A stretch of DNA of 64,000 nt. Origin: Eledone cirrhosa (Eukaryota). Below the pieces are notes generated by a model. The model was not told the origin of the DNA, did not search any database, and was given only the letters and a program-made list of their open reading frames with translations. The stretch lies in NCBI GenBank assembly GCA_964016885.1, contig OZ024741.1, forward strand, positions 335,172,001 to 335,236,000, read 5' to 3'. The position numbers and the translations under genes are program-made. Of the stretch, positions 25,405 through 37,474 are shown in pieces; the first letter of the stretch is position 1, and the number at the start of each line of letters is the position of its first letter.

Positions 25405-26566
25405 ATATATAAAGTGTGAAAACATTGTTGTCTCTGATCAAGACGAAGCGAGAGTGTATTTGAATACATATAAAAATGAGAAAATTCATCACCAGAACAA
25501 CCATTATAGGAGCTAATGGTGTGACAGGCAGATGAAATATAGAAAGGATTGAAAAAGGATGATGGCAAGAAGAAGTGTGTTGGTACATAGAAGTGACCTG
25601 AAGAAGGATATGAAGAAAGGTGATATACTACACAAGTTTACACCCACATATCTTCAAATCAGCTCTCAAACCAGCATTTAATTGAGAGTACCATTTTAAA
25701 ATGATGAATCGTGCAACAGAAAAACATATCTTTCTGCTGGTATGATGTGTGTGTGATAAAACAAACAGCACAGATAGAAGGATGAAAGAAAACAAAGGAA
25801 TGAAAATAATGTGATAGTGGACTAGAAGCTATGGTATCTGTCCTAAATAGAAAGCTAATTATAGCTATGATAAAGTTAAAGGAAAATAAATGTTGTCCCT
25901 GATTGAGACGAAGCGAGAGTGTATTTAAATACATATAAAAATAAGAAAACTCATCACTAGAACAGCTAAATGCTGTCAAAGACAGCAATGGGCAAAAGTA
26001 CCTCAGGGCTAATATTAGCTTTCTATTGAGGACAGACACCACAGCTTGAGGTCCACTAACCCATTATTTTCATTACTTTGTTTTTTTTCATCCTATCTGT
26101 GCTGTTTGTTTTATCACACACATCAAACCAGCAGAAAGATTTCTTTTTCTGTTGCCCGATCCAGCATTTTAAAATGGTACTTTCAATTAAATCATGCGTA
26201 ACCATTTTGCTGGTTTGAGAATTGATGAGGATGAAGATGTGTGTGTAAACTTGTCTTCTACATTGCCTTTCTTTATTTCCTTCTTCCAGTCACCTCTATG
26301 TACCAACATACTTTTCCTTGTCCTACTCCTCTTTCAATCTTTTCTATTTTTCATCTTCCTGTCACCTTCCTTGTGGATTGTCTCTCTGTTGACCACTAGC
26401 TACTGGTCTCTGTCCTCTGAGGCATGTTTGCCCATTGCTGTCTTTGACAGCATTTGGCTGTTTTAATGGCTGTTCTAGTGATGAGTTTTCTCATTTTTAT
26501 ATGTATTCAAATACACTCTCGCTTTGTCTTGATCAGAGACAACATTGTTTTAACATTTATATATAT
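25405..26566. repeat. Complex nested inverted-repeat element
   Basis: 25410-25505 inverted to 26465-26560 and directly repeated at 25890-25965; 25510-25865 inverted to 26008-26370. Confidence 0.75.
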
Positions 26567-26772
26567 ATACACAGACAGTAATTTTAAATATCATCATTTA
26601 TTTAAATGGTGATCATCAAGTGTGTTTGAGGTGTGTTTAAGTGATTCAGTAAGGTCAGCTAGCGTATCAGGCAGAAGACATTTATAGTTGAACCGGATGA
26701 GAGAATTCAGATGGGAACTCTAATAACAATTGTATATATTGTGTATATACTGTATATTCTCTCTCTCTCACT

Positions 26773-26809
<37 letters not shown>

Positions 26810-27034
26810 GATTCTACTGGTTTAAACTGGTGAGACTATAATTCAGCAAATTACTCCTGACACTCTACTATATATATATATATATATATCTCTAGGGCGG
26901 TTAAAATTCCCGAGATCCATGAACGAGTTCACTCCAATGGTCTCTGTCCCTCATTATCGCTGCCATGTCCTGTGTCTCCATATATATACACACTAATTTA
27001 GGGTATCCTACATATATATGTATCAATAATTCAA

Positions 27035-27580
27035 ATTAAAAGATATACATAGAGAGAGAAAGTGCCATATATTGTTTGAGAAACACGTAGTATTTTGTAC
27101 ATATATAAAACACATAATATTTAGGAAAAAATACGTACTTCAAGGTGGAAATGTTCTTCTTTCCTTATGGTACCATTTCATGATTAGTAAATATATTTAT
27201 ATATGCCACTACAGTTAAAATCTTCTTACACCATGCTATCTATTGTGTTGGCCTAACTCTGAGACCTCGACAGATATAAAAGTATTTTGTACTTTATACT
27301 CTATTGGAACTTATCCAAAGACGAATTTCCTCTGATGATTGATCCACCTCTCCCATAGTTTTACCAAAATCAATAGTTGGTGATTGATGATCGATTGCTT
27401 AGATCAATTTTTGTTATGGTTTACAAATCATAAAATGGTACCATAAGGAAAGAAGAACTTTTCCACCTTGAAGTACGTATTTTTTTCTACATATTAGGTT
27501 CTTTATATATGTACAAAATACTGTGTTTCTCAAACATTATATGGCTCTTTCTCTCTCTATATACATATATCTTTTAATAT
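27035..27580. repeat. Inverted repeat (~155-bp arms, ~230-bp spacer)
   Basis: 27035-27191 inverted to 27420-27578. Confidence 0.8.
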
Positions 27581-29068
27581 GAATTATATATACACACTAA
27601 CACACTCCCCAGTTTCTCCCCTCCACTCCCAGCCCTGCCCCATCCTCTTGGCCCACCCCACAACTAATAATACTAATATCCCCAGCCCTCCCCCTAGCAC
27701 CCGCGCACCCACACCCTCAACACGCACACAACCCACCTGTACATATATACATGCACTCACACTATTCACACACCCTACTACCACCACTAACCCCCACCCA
27801 CACATCCACATCTGACCCACCCACCTTCCCCCTCACCACACACACGAACACACAACATCTCACATACACTCACCCACACCTATGTACACACCACCCACTC
27901 CACACACACACACACTACCACCACTAACCTCCACTCACACACCCGCATTCAAACCCTCGCCCCACCTCCAGATATACTAACACCCACTCTACCACACACA
28001 CACACACACACACACACACTCATATCCAAACACACACACACACACACACACCCATACACTATACTTCCTCCTACTGTCCCCAACACCTTCTCACTCCCTC
28101 TCTCTCCCGTTCTAACCCCCCCCCCCCGACAGATACACAACCCACTAACACCTCCACTAATATACTATACACACCAACCCCCCACACCGCCATCCTCTCC
28201 CTCCACCTTTGACACCTACCCATCCCCTCCCCTGTCCACCGCACCTCTTCACACACACATACACACATTCCCCACCACATACAGACCATCCCTATACCTG
28301 TCAGCCTCCTCACCACTGCCTGCTCTCATCTCCCTACTGCTATCTCCTTCCTCCCACCTCCTTCGCCCTGCCTTGACCCTCTGACCACTTCCTGTTGCAC
28401 GCGCACCCCACAACTCTCCACTTCCTCACTAACATACCATGATTTTACACCACTGGTCCATCACTCCAGCTATCCATCCTGCCACGCTCAGAATCTCCAA
28501 CATCTGGTCTCCTAGTTCGTGGGAAAACCCCAGGAACACACACACACACAAACACTTACACTATTTTCGCACCATGCCACCATACATCCACACCACATAT
28601 AAACACACACATACACGTGCGTATCCTCACATACACACACTCAGCCTCCAGACTCCACACGCCCCCTCTCCCCCAGCCCCTCTGACCCCTCCCCATCCAC
28701 ACGCAGACACCGACTTACACCCCACCCCATGTACACACCTGTTTCCCTATTACCCGAACATAGAACCTCGTTCTTTCCCCAACTCTCACATCCACACGCA
28801 CACACGTGCACCTACAGACATACACACACACACCACCTTCAGCCCTCCCCGCTCGGACCCCCGTCTCCCTCTCTCCTCTCCACCCACCACCACCCCTACA
28901 CGCCTCACACCTTTTCACCACTTGTTACATTTTATTTTTTATTTTTTATTTTTTTACTCTCTAAAAAAATACTTTTCCTCGCCCCCCCCCCCTTTTTAAA
29001 ATAATTTTTTTAATGTCTTTCCACCATTCCCCCACACACTCTGAACTCTCTTCACTCCCACTTTTCTC

Positions 29069-29096
29069 CTGATGAAGGGCTTATGCCCGAAACGTC
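29069..29096 (+). ncRNA. Minimal Penelope-type hammerhead core
   Basis: CTGATGA-a-GGGC-ttat-GCCC-GAA-ACGT-C; palindromic ACGT stem III; stem I pairing not evident. Confidence 0.7.
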
Positions 29097-29338
29097 ACCC
29101 CCACCACCTACTCTCAAGTATGAAACTAATATTAACATTTGTACTGCCTCTTCGCTTCCACGTTTTTTGTTTTCTGTCTCAACTTTAAAATATATATTTA
29201 TATGCAAAAGTTATATTTAATCTGTTGCGATTCAACAAGCTTAAAAGTTTTATAACTGATATGAAACACTCAACAGTTTACTGGAGTAAATATTCAATAT
29301 ATTAATAAATGGAAACTATATTTATAAAACCATAATTA

Positions 29339-29400
29339 TTTTATTATATATATTTCAAGGGCAACCAAGGCAAATTTTGGTGCGCTTTCATCAGATAAAA
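29339..29400 (-). ncRNA. Type I hammerhead ribozyme
   Basis: Exact reverse complement of 29521-29582. Confidence 0.82.
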
Positions 29401-29520
29401 TACAAAATTTGTTTTATAAATGTTGACATACCTGTAGAAAAGCAACCTTGTCCAGAGAACCTTCAACCGTCAAGGTTGTTTTTCTACGGGTATGTCAACA
29501 TTTATAAAACAAATTTTGTA

Positions 29521-29582
29521 TTTTATCTGATGAAAGCGCACCAAAATTTGCCTTGGTTGCCCTTGAAATATATATAATAAAA
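29521..29582 (+). ncRNA. Type I hammerhead ribozyme
   Basis: ttttat-CTGATGA-aagcgcaccaa-aatttgcc-ttggttgccctt-GAA-ATATATAT-A-ataaaa; stems I, II, III all formable. Confidence 0.82.
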
Positions 29583-29629
29583 TAATTATGGTTTTATAAA
29601 TATAGTTTCCATTTATTAATATATTGAAT

Positions 29630-29820
29630 TATCATCATCATCATCATCATCAACATTTAACGTCCGTGTTCCACACTTGCATGGGTTTGGACGGCGGTTT
29701 TCCCACTTGAGGCAAGAGTGATTGTCTTGCTCACATAGGACTGTCTGGCGGGTTTTCTACAGCTGGATGCCCTTCCTAACACCAACCACATTTACAGTGT
29801 GGGGCTGGGAGGTTTTTACC
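29630..29820 (-). mobile_element. RTE subfamily B 3' UTR fragment
   Basis: Matches 20135-20320. Confidence 0.9.
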
Positions 29821-29836
29821 AAATTATATATATATA

Positions 29837-30282
29837 TATGGTAGTGAGACATGGGCAGCAACTGCAGAGGATATGCAACGGCTGGAGAGAAATGAGGCAA
29901 GCATACTCCATTGGATGTGCAATGTAAATGTGCGTGAACGACCCAGCATAAATGTGTTGAGAGAGAAACTGTGTCTGAGAGGGATAGAATGTAGTGTACG
30001 GGAGAGGAGACTGAGGTGGTATGGACATGTGATGCGCATGGAGGATGACCGATGGGTGAAGAAGTGCCAGGAAATGCCAGTTGAAGGAAGACGTGGTAGA
30101 GGTAGACCACGAAAAACATGGGCGGAAGTGGTGAGAACAGACCTCAGATCATTGAAACTCACGGTGGAGATGACAAAGGACCGTGACGAGTGGAGAGATG
30201 CTGTGCTGAATAAGACTCGTCCCACCCTTGCAAGCAGGGAAAAGCGGACGTAAAATGATGATGATGATGATGATGATGATAT
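29837..30282 (+). mobile_element. RTE subfamily A 3' fragment
   Basis: ORF nearly identical to 17183-17598; same 3' end and (TGA)n. Confidence 0.95.
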
Positions 30283-31181
30283 ATATATATCTAATGATAA
30301 AAGGCAAAGTCAACCTCAGAAGCATTTGAACTCAGAGAATGCAGAACACTAGAAACAAATAATTGTTTCTACTTTTGGCACAAGGCCAGCAATTACCCAG
30401 TGTATTACTGGTACTTTATTTTATCGACCCTGTAAGGATGAAAGGCAAAGTTAACCTCAGCGGGATTTGAACTCAGAATGGCAAGGGCCGTAACTCTATG
30501 CGTCAAAGCATGGCGTCTGCCCTGCTACCGATAGAACAAATAATGAAAAAAATTTATATTTATAAATTCAAAATTTTTTTTTTTGTAACATAGTTGATGA
30601 CACTCCAGCCTCGGCTTAGTCATGTTAGCTAAAACAAAATAAAGAACAAGAGAACCTAAAGAACTAGAAGTGTTTGAAAGCCAATTTAGTTTGTAGTCGA
30701 CGACAGAAATTTGAAACACTTTAAGACTTTAAAACAAAAGCTTTGCTGCAGATCTAAAGTATGACAATATAAAAGATGAAAAGAAATAAAGTGGATGTGA
30801 TGTGCTGTTGATAAATCTTTGAAACAAACACCTAAATTCAATTTTATTCTTACTGGAGATTACTTTATAGGATGGAAACTATTTCTTAAATTAATAGTCA
30901 GCATTTACGCATTCTTTACTTTTCTCAATATATATATATGTTTATGTATGTGTTTGTGTATATGTGTATGTAAGTATACACACACACATATATATGTGTG
31001 TGTATGCATATATATATACACACACATATATACATATATATATATTCATATATATACATATATATACACATATAAATATACATATATATCTATATCTACC
31101 TCTCTATATATAAGAGAGAGGTAGATATAATTTCTAGCTCTTCCTCTTCTTCTCTCCCCTTCTCTCACTCTCTTCCCCCCG

Positions 31182-31240
<59 letters not shown>

Positions 31241-32040
31241 TATTCATTTCCCAGTCGCTGACAGTTCCATCAACATTGCCAAAATACACATTCTAATAAA
31301 ATCTAAGCAAGCAGTACACTTCTAGTAAACTGACACACTATGCCCGTAATCTTAATTCTACATCGTGATCTCAAAGGAGACATTTGAATTTAGCAGACAA
31401 GTTGACATTGTCCAAAATTAATGTATGTCATGTGTGTGTGTTTCAGCGATGAAAGCCTATAACAAGAAACATTTCATCTTCAAAATGCTGTACAAGACAT
31501 TTTAGAGAATGTCATAATTTTTCTATTTTTGATGAATTGTAACTTACAATACAAGTGGTTGCCTGTCAATATGAAGAATTAGCAAAGAAACCTGTCAGTA
31601 AGAAGATTCTGTAATGTCAATCTTTATATATGGAATAATCCGAACTTGCTGATGGTTTCAATCTGTGTACAGTGGATTACAGAATTACATTCCTACTACT
31701 AGTTTTTAGATGACCATATAGAGTAAAATCTGTTGGGAGAACTGAACTCTAAAATGATAGGTATCTTGGTCCTTTGGGAGAAGCTGCAATATTTCTGATT
31801 TCATCAGAAATATAACATAAAAATATGATTAATGAAATAATTGTTTCTACTTTTGGCACAAGGCCAGCAATTACCCAGTACATTACTGGTACTTTATTTT
31901 ATCGACCCTGTAAGGATGAAAGGCAAAGTTAACCTTGGCGGGATTTGAATTCAGACCATAAAGGGCTGTAACTCTTTGCTGCAAAGCATGGCGTCCAACT
32001 CTCTACTGATACTGCCAATGAAATAATGGTTTGTGATAAG

Positions 32041-32603
32041 CGGGGGCCAGACTTTCACCTGCTGAGACCCTTTAAGATATATGAAAAAGATTTTGGTAAA
32101 AAGATTTTCGATAAATATACATAATTATTTTTTTATATTAATGTTAATGATAAATAATAAATAAGATATATATACATATATATATTTTAGAGTAAGAAGT
32201 TAACAAAACAGGGAAATGCGGATCACGGTTATGAAGCAAATAAAAGGAAGCACTCAACAACTTGTATAAATGGTACAAGATGGAGCATTATTTATTAATA
32301 AAAGATCGGAGGCCATATTCAATTGATTCAGGTTTAATTAAAACTCTGTTATACATATTTCACTGAGGACTATCAGTTAAGATAGCCTGAACTCTTCATA
32401 TGGCAAAACCTAAAAAAAACATTGAAAGTTCCTAAGAAACCTTTAAATTTGGAAAAATCCATTAATTTCCTTGAAAAAGATTTTCTTTTCATGATACAGG
32501 GGGCCAGCTGTCGAAGAAAGAACACCACGTGTTCGACCGGCCCCCTGTATCAGGAAAAAAAATAAACATGAATCAACTGAATATGGCCTCCGATCTTTTA
32601 TTA

Positions 32604-32641
<38 letters not shown>

Positions 32642-32886
32642 CGGACGTAAAATGATGATGATGATGATGAAGATTATATATATATATATATATATAATCA
32701 TCATCATCATTTTACGTCCGCTTTTCCCTGCTTGCAAGGGTGGGACATATATATATCTAATTTTTGATGATGGTAAAAATAAAAACTAATGATAAAATAA
32801 AAACATATTTTAAAAAATGAGGCCCCCGTGTGTGTCTGTGGCCCTAAGCTATAGCTTATTTAGCTTATAGGTAAGTCCAGGCACTA
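32041..32886 (+). mobile_element. hAT-like non-autonomous DNA transposon with 8-bp TSD and nested insertions
   Basis: gtgataag on both sides (32033-32040, 32887-32894); imperfect TIR ggggccagactt / aagtccaggcact; related pieces at 40455-40865 and 43840-43940. Confidence 0.7.
32190..32610 (-). mobile_element. Decayed Penelope-like foldback element
   Basis: 32289-32336 inverted to 32564-32610; central hairpin gatacagggggcc..ggccccctgtatc; minus-strand degenerate core ..GAA-ATATGTAT-A; tail with aagcactcaac. Confidence 0.6.
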
Positions 32887-34025
32887 GTGATAAGGTATTT
32901 AAATAATTGCAGAAAATATCTGCAGTTTTACTCAAGTATGATCAAGGCATTCTTCCTACATAAAACTACAATTATGTGATACAATAAATGATTTTTTTTT
33001 TCATGCTGCTTAGTGGCCTAGTTATAAGGTTGTTGGACTTAGGATCAAAATGTTGTGTGTTGTGGTCTTGAGCAAAACACTTCATTTCATGTTGCTCCAG
33101 TATATTCTGCTGAAAATGAGAATCAGCAGCAATAGCTGAGGGTTTAATTCCACGCTACACTGGCATCCTGTCCAGAAAGGAGTCTTGTATACTCAGTCAC
33201 TTCACACCACAAAAACTGGGATAAGCATCGGCCTGATGAGCTCCCAGGTTCAAGTCAGACTTAGTCAGGAAGGATAATGTGCATGATTTGACTGTAGGGT
33301 TTCTGAGATTGGCAGGATAGAATGTGGAAGACCTTCTCACATTGGAAACCTTGCCTGAACACTTGCAATGGTGTGGACTCTATTAAAGGCACCCCAAGGT
33401 CCAGGTGGTGGGGTTAAACTGGGCAATGGATTAAGTCTAGCCCCCCCTCCCTGAGTAAGCCACAGTGAGATATGAACTCAGAATTCCAAGCGGCGTAACA
33501 AATACCATAAAACATTTTGTCTTCTATGCTCAGTTCTACAAATCAACGACTGCTACACTATTGGATCAACTCCTAAAAGTTTGAAAGTAAAGTTGACCTT
33601 TGTGGGATTTGAGCTCAGAATACAGTGAGACAGAACAAATACTGCAAAACAATTTGTTTGATACTCTCATGACTCTGAGAATTCACAACCTCAAAATAGA
33701 TATTAACACTTTTGATAAAAACTCACATGAAATTACCCCTGGTGTTTATGACAAAGCTTTTTGTTTTAAAGTGTATATATTTAACTAAAACCCTTCTCCC
33801 ATCATCATCCTCATCATTTCATTTTACGTCCGCTTTTTCCCTGCTTGCAAGGGTGGGAAGAACCTTTGTTAGGCTACGTTCCAAACTGCATGAAACCATC
33901 ATTGGTTTTATGATACAAAGCTTTTTATTTTAAATGTTTTATATTTAACTAAAAACCTTCCACCATAATTGTAAGCAACAACCTTTGTTAAGCTATGTTC
34001 CAAACCACCTGAAACTGCCCCAGGT

Positions 34026-34884
34026 TATCATCATCATCATCATCACCGTTTTACGTCCGTTCTTCCACGCTAGCATGGGTTAGACGGGTTGTCCTGTTGT
34101 GGGCAGTGTCTGGTCGGCTGACCATGCCTTGCTCATACAGGAACTGATCTGGCTTGATTTCTACAGCTGGATGCCCTTCCTAACACCAACCTCATTTACA
34201 GTGAGTGCTGGGTGCTTTTTCGTGGCGCCTACACGTCCACTTTACAGTGTGGGCTGGGTGCTTTTTTGCCGTGGCACCTCCACGACCACCTTGCGGTGGG
34301 GGGGGGGGGGCATATTGTTTATATGCTTCAGCATGTACCCATGGGAGGTCGGGTACCCTGTATTACTGCGTGACGCCAGAAGTCACGGTCGTGTGTCATT
34401 GACTTTGAGAGGTGTAGTTGGGTAAGGTCGGCTTTTATCACCTCATCCCAAGTCATCTTGGGTCTCCCCACTCCGCGGTTTCCATCAACTTCTAGTGCTC
34501 TGCACCTTTTTATGCAGCTGTCATCCTTCATACGCATCACATGTCCATACCAGCGTAACCGCCTCTCCTGCACGCAGCATTTGATTCCTCTTATGCTCAG
34601 TCTCTCTCTCAATTCATTTATGCTTTGTCGTTCACGTATATTACTGTTACACATCCATCGGAGCATGCAGGCTTCGTTTCTCTCTAATCTACGTAAGTCT
34701 TCCACCTTCAGCGCCCAGGTCTCACTACCATGCAACATCGCTGTTCGGATACACGCATCATACAGTCTGCCTTTCATTCTGAGGGAGAAGCCTTTTGCAG
34801 CTAGCAGTGGTAGTAGTTCCCTAAACTTCTTCCATCCCGTTCTTACCCTAGTTATTGTACTTTCTGAGCACCCACCTCCGTTGT
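34026..34884 (-). mobile_element. RTE LINE subfamily C, 3' fragment
   Basis: ORF 34328-34891 close to 60370-60925; same 3' UTR. Confidence 0.95.
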
Positions 34885-34998
34885 TATACAATATAAAACT
34901 ATTTGTTTTAAAGTGTTTATATTTAACTAAAAAACTTCCACCATAACAACCTTTGTTAAGTTATGTTCCAAACACATGCTTAATTGTGTGTATACATC

Positions 34999-35042
<44 letters not shown>

Positions 35043-35043
<1 letters not shown>

Positions 35044-35218
35044 CCAGGGTTCAATCAGGGGTAACCACACTAAGTAAGGTACTCAATACATAGCAGAGTA
35101 TAAATATTTCATATAGAAATGGCTTCTAAAGGACTAAAACTGTTTCATTTGAAGGGCTTTCCTGATGATTTCCTTTGAATGAAACAGTTCTAGTCTTGTA
35201 GAAGCCATTTCTATATTA
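35043..35218. mobile_element. Hairpin+tail element, one hammerhead core intact
   Basis: Tail aaggtactcaa; 35111-35152 inverted to 35175-35216. Confidence 0.8.
35155..35206 (+). ncRNA. Type I hammerhead ribozyme
   Basis: ggctttc-CTGATGA-tttcctttgaat-GAA-ACAG-ttctagtc-TTGT-A-gaagcc. Confidence 0.7.
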
Positions 35219-35569
35219 AAAAAGAAAGTATATATATATATATATGCACTGTAAACTCTGTCAGTGGTAGTGCTCATGCCACATTAAAATGCACTCAGTG
35301 CACGATGTGAAGAAGTTGGCTTTAGGAGGGTCATCCAGCCATAGAAATCATACTCTAATGGAACATATGAGCAAAATGTGAACATGTGATGTCTAGTCTT
35401 AGAACATGACAACCTTACCTGTCCAACCCATGCCAGCATGTAATATGATGATGATGATGATGATTCTAGAATCATTATAGCCTAAATTTTTGGTTTTTGT
35501 TGTTGTTTTTTTTTTGTTTTGTTATGTCCTTGTAGCAAATAAAGAGATGATTGTTGATGTTTCTGCCAA

Positions 35570-35930
35570 GCAGCATTGGCAACAACAATAGCAACAACAA
35601 CAAGAAAAATAACTATAACAATGACAATAACCATAGCAACAGCAATGGCAACAAAAATAGCAACAACAATAACAAATACTGCAACAACAATAACACCAAA
35701 AATAGCTACAACAACAGCAACAACAACGACAACAAAAATAACTGTAACAATGACAATAACCATAGCAACAGCAGTAACAACAGCAATGGCAACAACAATA
35801 ATAACAACACCATTAGCAATAACAACAAAAGTAGCAGCAACAATAACAACAAAAATAGCAGCAACAGTGACAACAAAAATAGCAACAACAGTTACAATCA
35901 CAACAACCACAACAACATTGACAACATTAT
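35570..35930. repeat. Degenerate (AAC/AGC/AAT)n trinucleotide array
   Basis: Visible; poly-N/T/V ORFs in several frames. Confidence 0.9.
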
Positions 35931-36445
35931 GAAATGAGTCAACATTTTGCTGGTGTTAGTGTTTATATTGTTCTCAGTGTGATGTGGTATTTTGTTGTTG
36001 CCGTTGTTGTTGTTGTCATTGTTGTGGCTTTGTTATTAAAATATTGATTATAATATGAATGATGTTTTAATTAGTAAGCTTCTAAAAACAAAACAGAAAC
36101 AAATCAACATCCCCCACCCACCAAAAAACAACAACAACAGTAACAGCAAAGAAAAGCCACTGACAATTTGCTGTACTACATTGAGATTAAAACAACAAAG
36201 ATCGTTACAAAAATAAACAGAAAATCTATTGAACTAGGATGAATAAATGATTATGAATATAAATTAAGCTATTAATTAATAATTTATTTATCACAGTATG
36301 ATGGACATGGTGGTGTTTCCAACGGTGCATCAAACGAAGTTTGGGATTTTGTTTTTTTGTTTTTCTTTTGTAGGGTTTTTTTTTTTAGGGAGTTGTAGAA
36401 TATTTTGTGTTGCCTTTGTCATTTATGGGTTTAAGTTTAAATCTA

Positions 36446-36642
36446 TGAGGGTGGCTGAAAAGTTCATAGGCTGACCAAGATACTCTCATGGAATGACCAA
36501 ATGAGGTTTATTTTTCAACATAGTCCCTAGAAAGAAACAAGGCAGTTATTATTAAGAAGAATTGAAATTAATACATGAAAGATTTCACAGCTCTAGCATC
36601 ACTCCTTCATAATCAGCTTATGATTATTTCAGCCCACCCTCG
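36446..36642 (+). mobile_element. Mariner-type MITE
   Basis: TA-tgagggtggctgaaaagttcataggctga ... tcagcttatgattatttcagcccaccctcg-TA. Confidence 0.75.
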
Positions 36643-37013
36643 TAGCTAGCATCAAAATAAATTTTTTTTTCTTTTGTATAGGTTTAATCAAGGCAGTGAA
36701 TTGGCAAAGTCGTTAGGGGTGTCAAATTAAAAATACTTCATTAGTATTTTGTTCCAGTTCTCTGCACTCTGAGTTCAAATCCTGCTGAGGTCAACTTTGT
36801 CTTTCATCCTTTTGAGTTGGATAAATAAAAAATAAATTAAATTAATACATGACTGGTACTTTATTTTATCAACCAACCTGCATGGAACAAACTAAAATTT
36901 GGGGATTTGAACTGAACTCCCTAACATTAACATATGAAATGAAAAAGTGTGGGGTGTAGGTGGATGGAGGTTGGAATTGGTTCCCTATCGAAAACTTTTC
37001 CCATTTGTCACCT

Positions 37014-37474
37014 TTAACACTTAATATCCTGTAATAATTTAGCAGAAAATATCTATAAAAAACATGTTTGTTAATTCAAATGTTTGTAGTATCTTTACTA
37101 GTTGACAGATCCTTGTGAAAATTAGTAGTATTATTTCTTTATATTCTGTAATAATTTAGCAGAAAACATCTATAACTAATGTTTGTTAATTCAAATGTTT
37201 GTAGTATCTTCACTGATCGACAGATCATTGTAAAAATTTGTAGTATTATTTCTTTATATCCTGTAATAATTTAGCAGAAAATATCTTTTAGAAAATGGGT
37301 TTTTTTAATTCAAATCTTTATAGTATATTTACTAGTGGATAGATTGTGTAAGTTTGCCGTATAAGACTAAAGTGAAGACTCAAATTTTTAACATGATACA
37401 GTCACAGTGTTATTTTGTACTTTCCAAGAATGTCTTACTAATGTGGTTTGATGTACTACAGGATATTGAGTTAA
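37014..37474 (+). mobile_element. piggyBac-like MITE with three ~115-bp internal tandem units
   Basis: TTAA-cacttaatatcctgta ... tacaggatattgag-TTAA; units start ~37025, 37143, 37257. Confidence 0.65.

Larger units (their letters stand above)
29200..29629 (-). mobile_element. Foldback element with two intact hammerheads plus tail
   Basis: 29292-29450 inverted to 29471-29629; tail 29200-29290 with aaacactcaac. Confidence 0.85.

Noticed and set aside
31340-31387. Kinase-like peptide ILHRDLKGD
   Set aside because: Bounded by stops at 31331 and 31385, lacks the catalytic-loop Asn, no DFG and no convincing splice sites; likely chance
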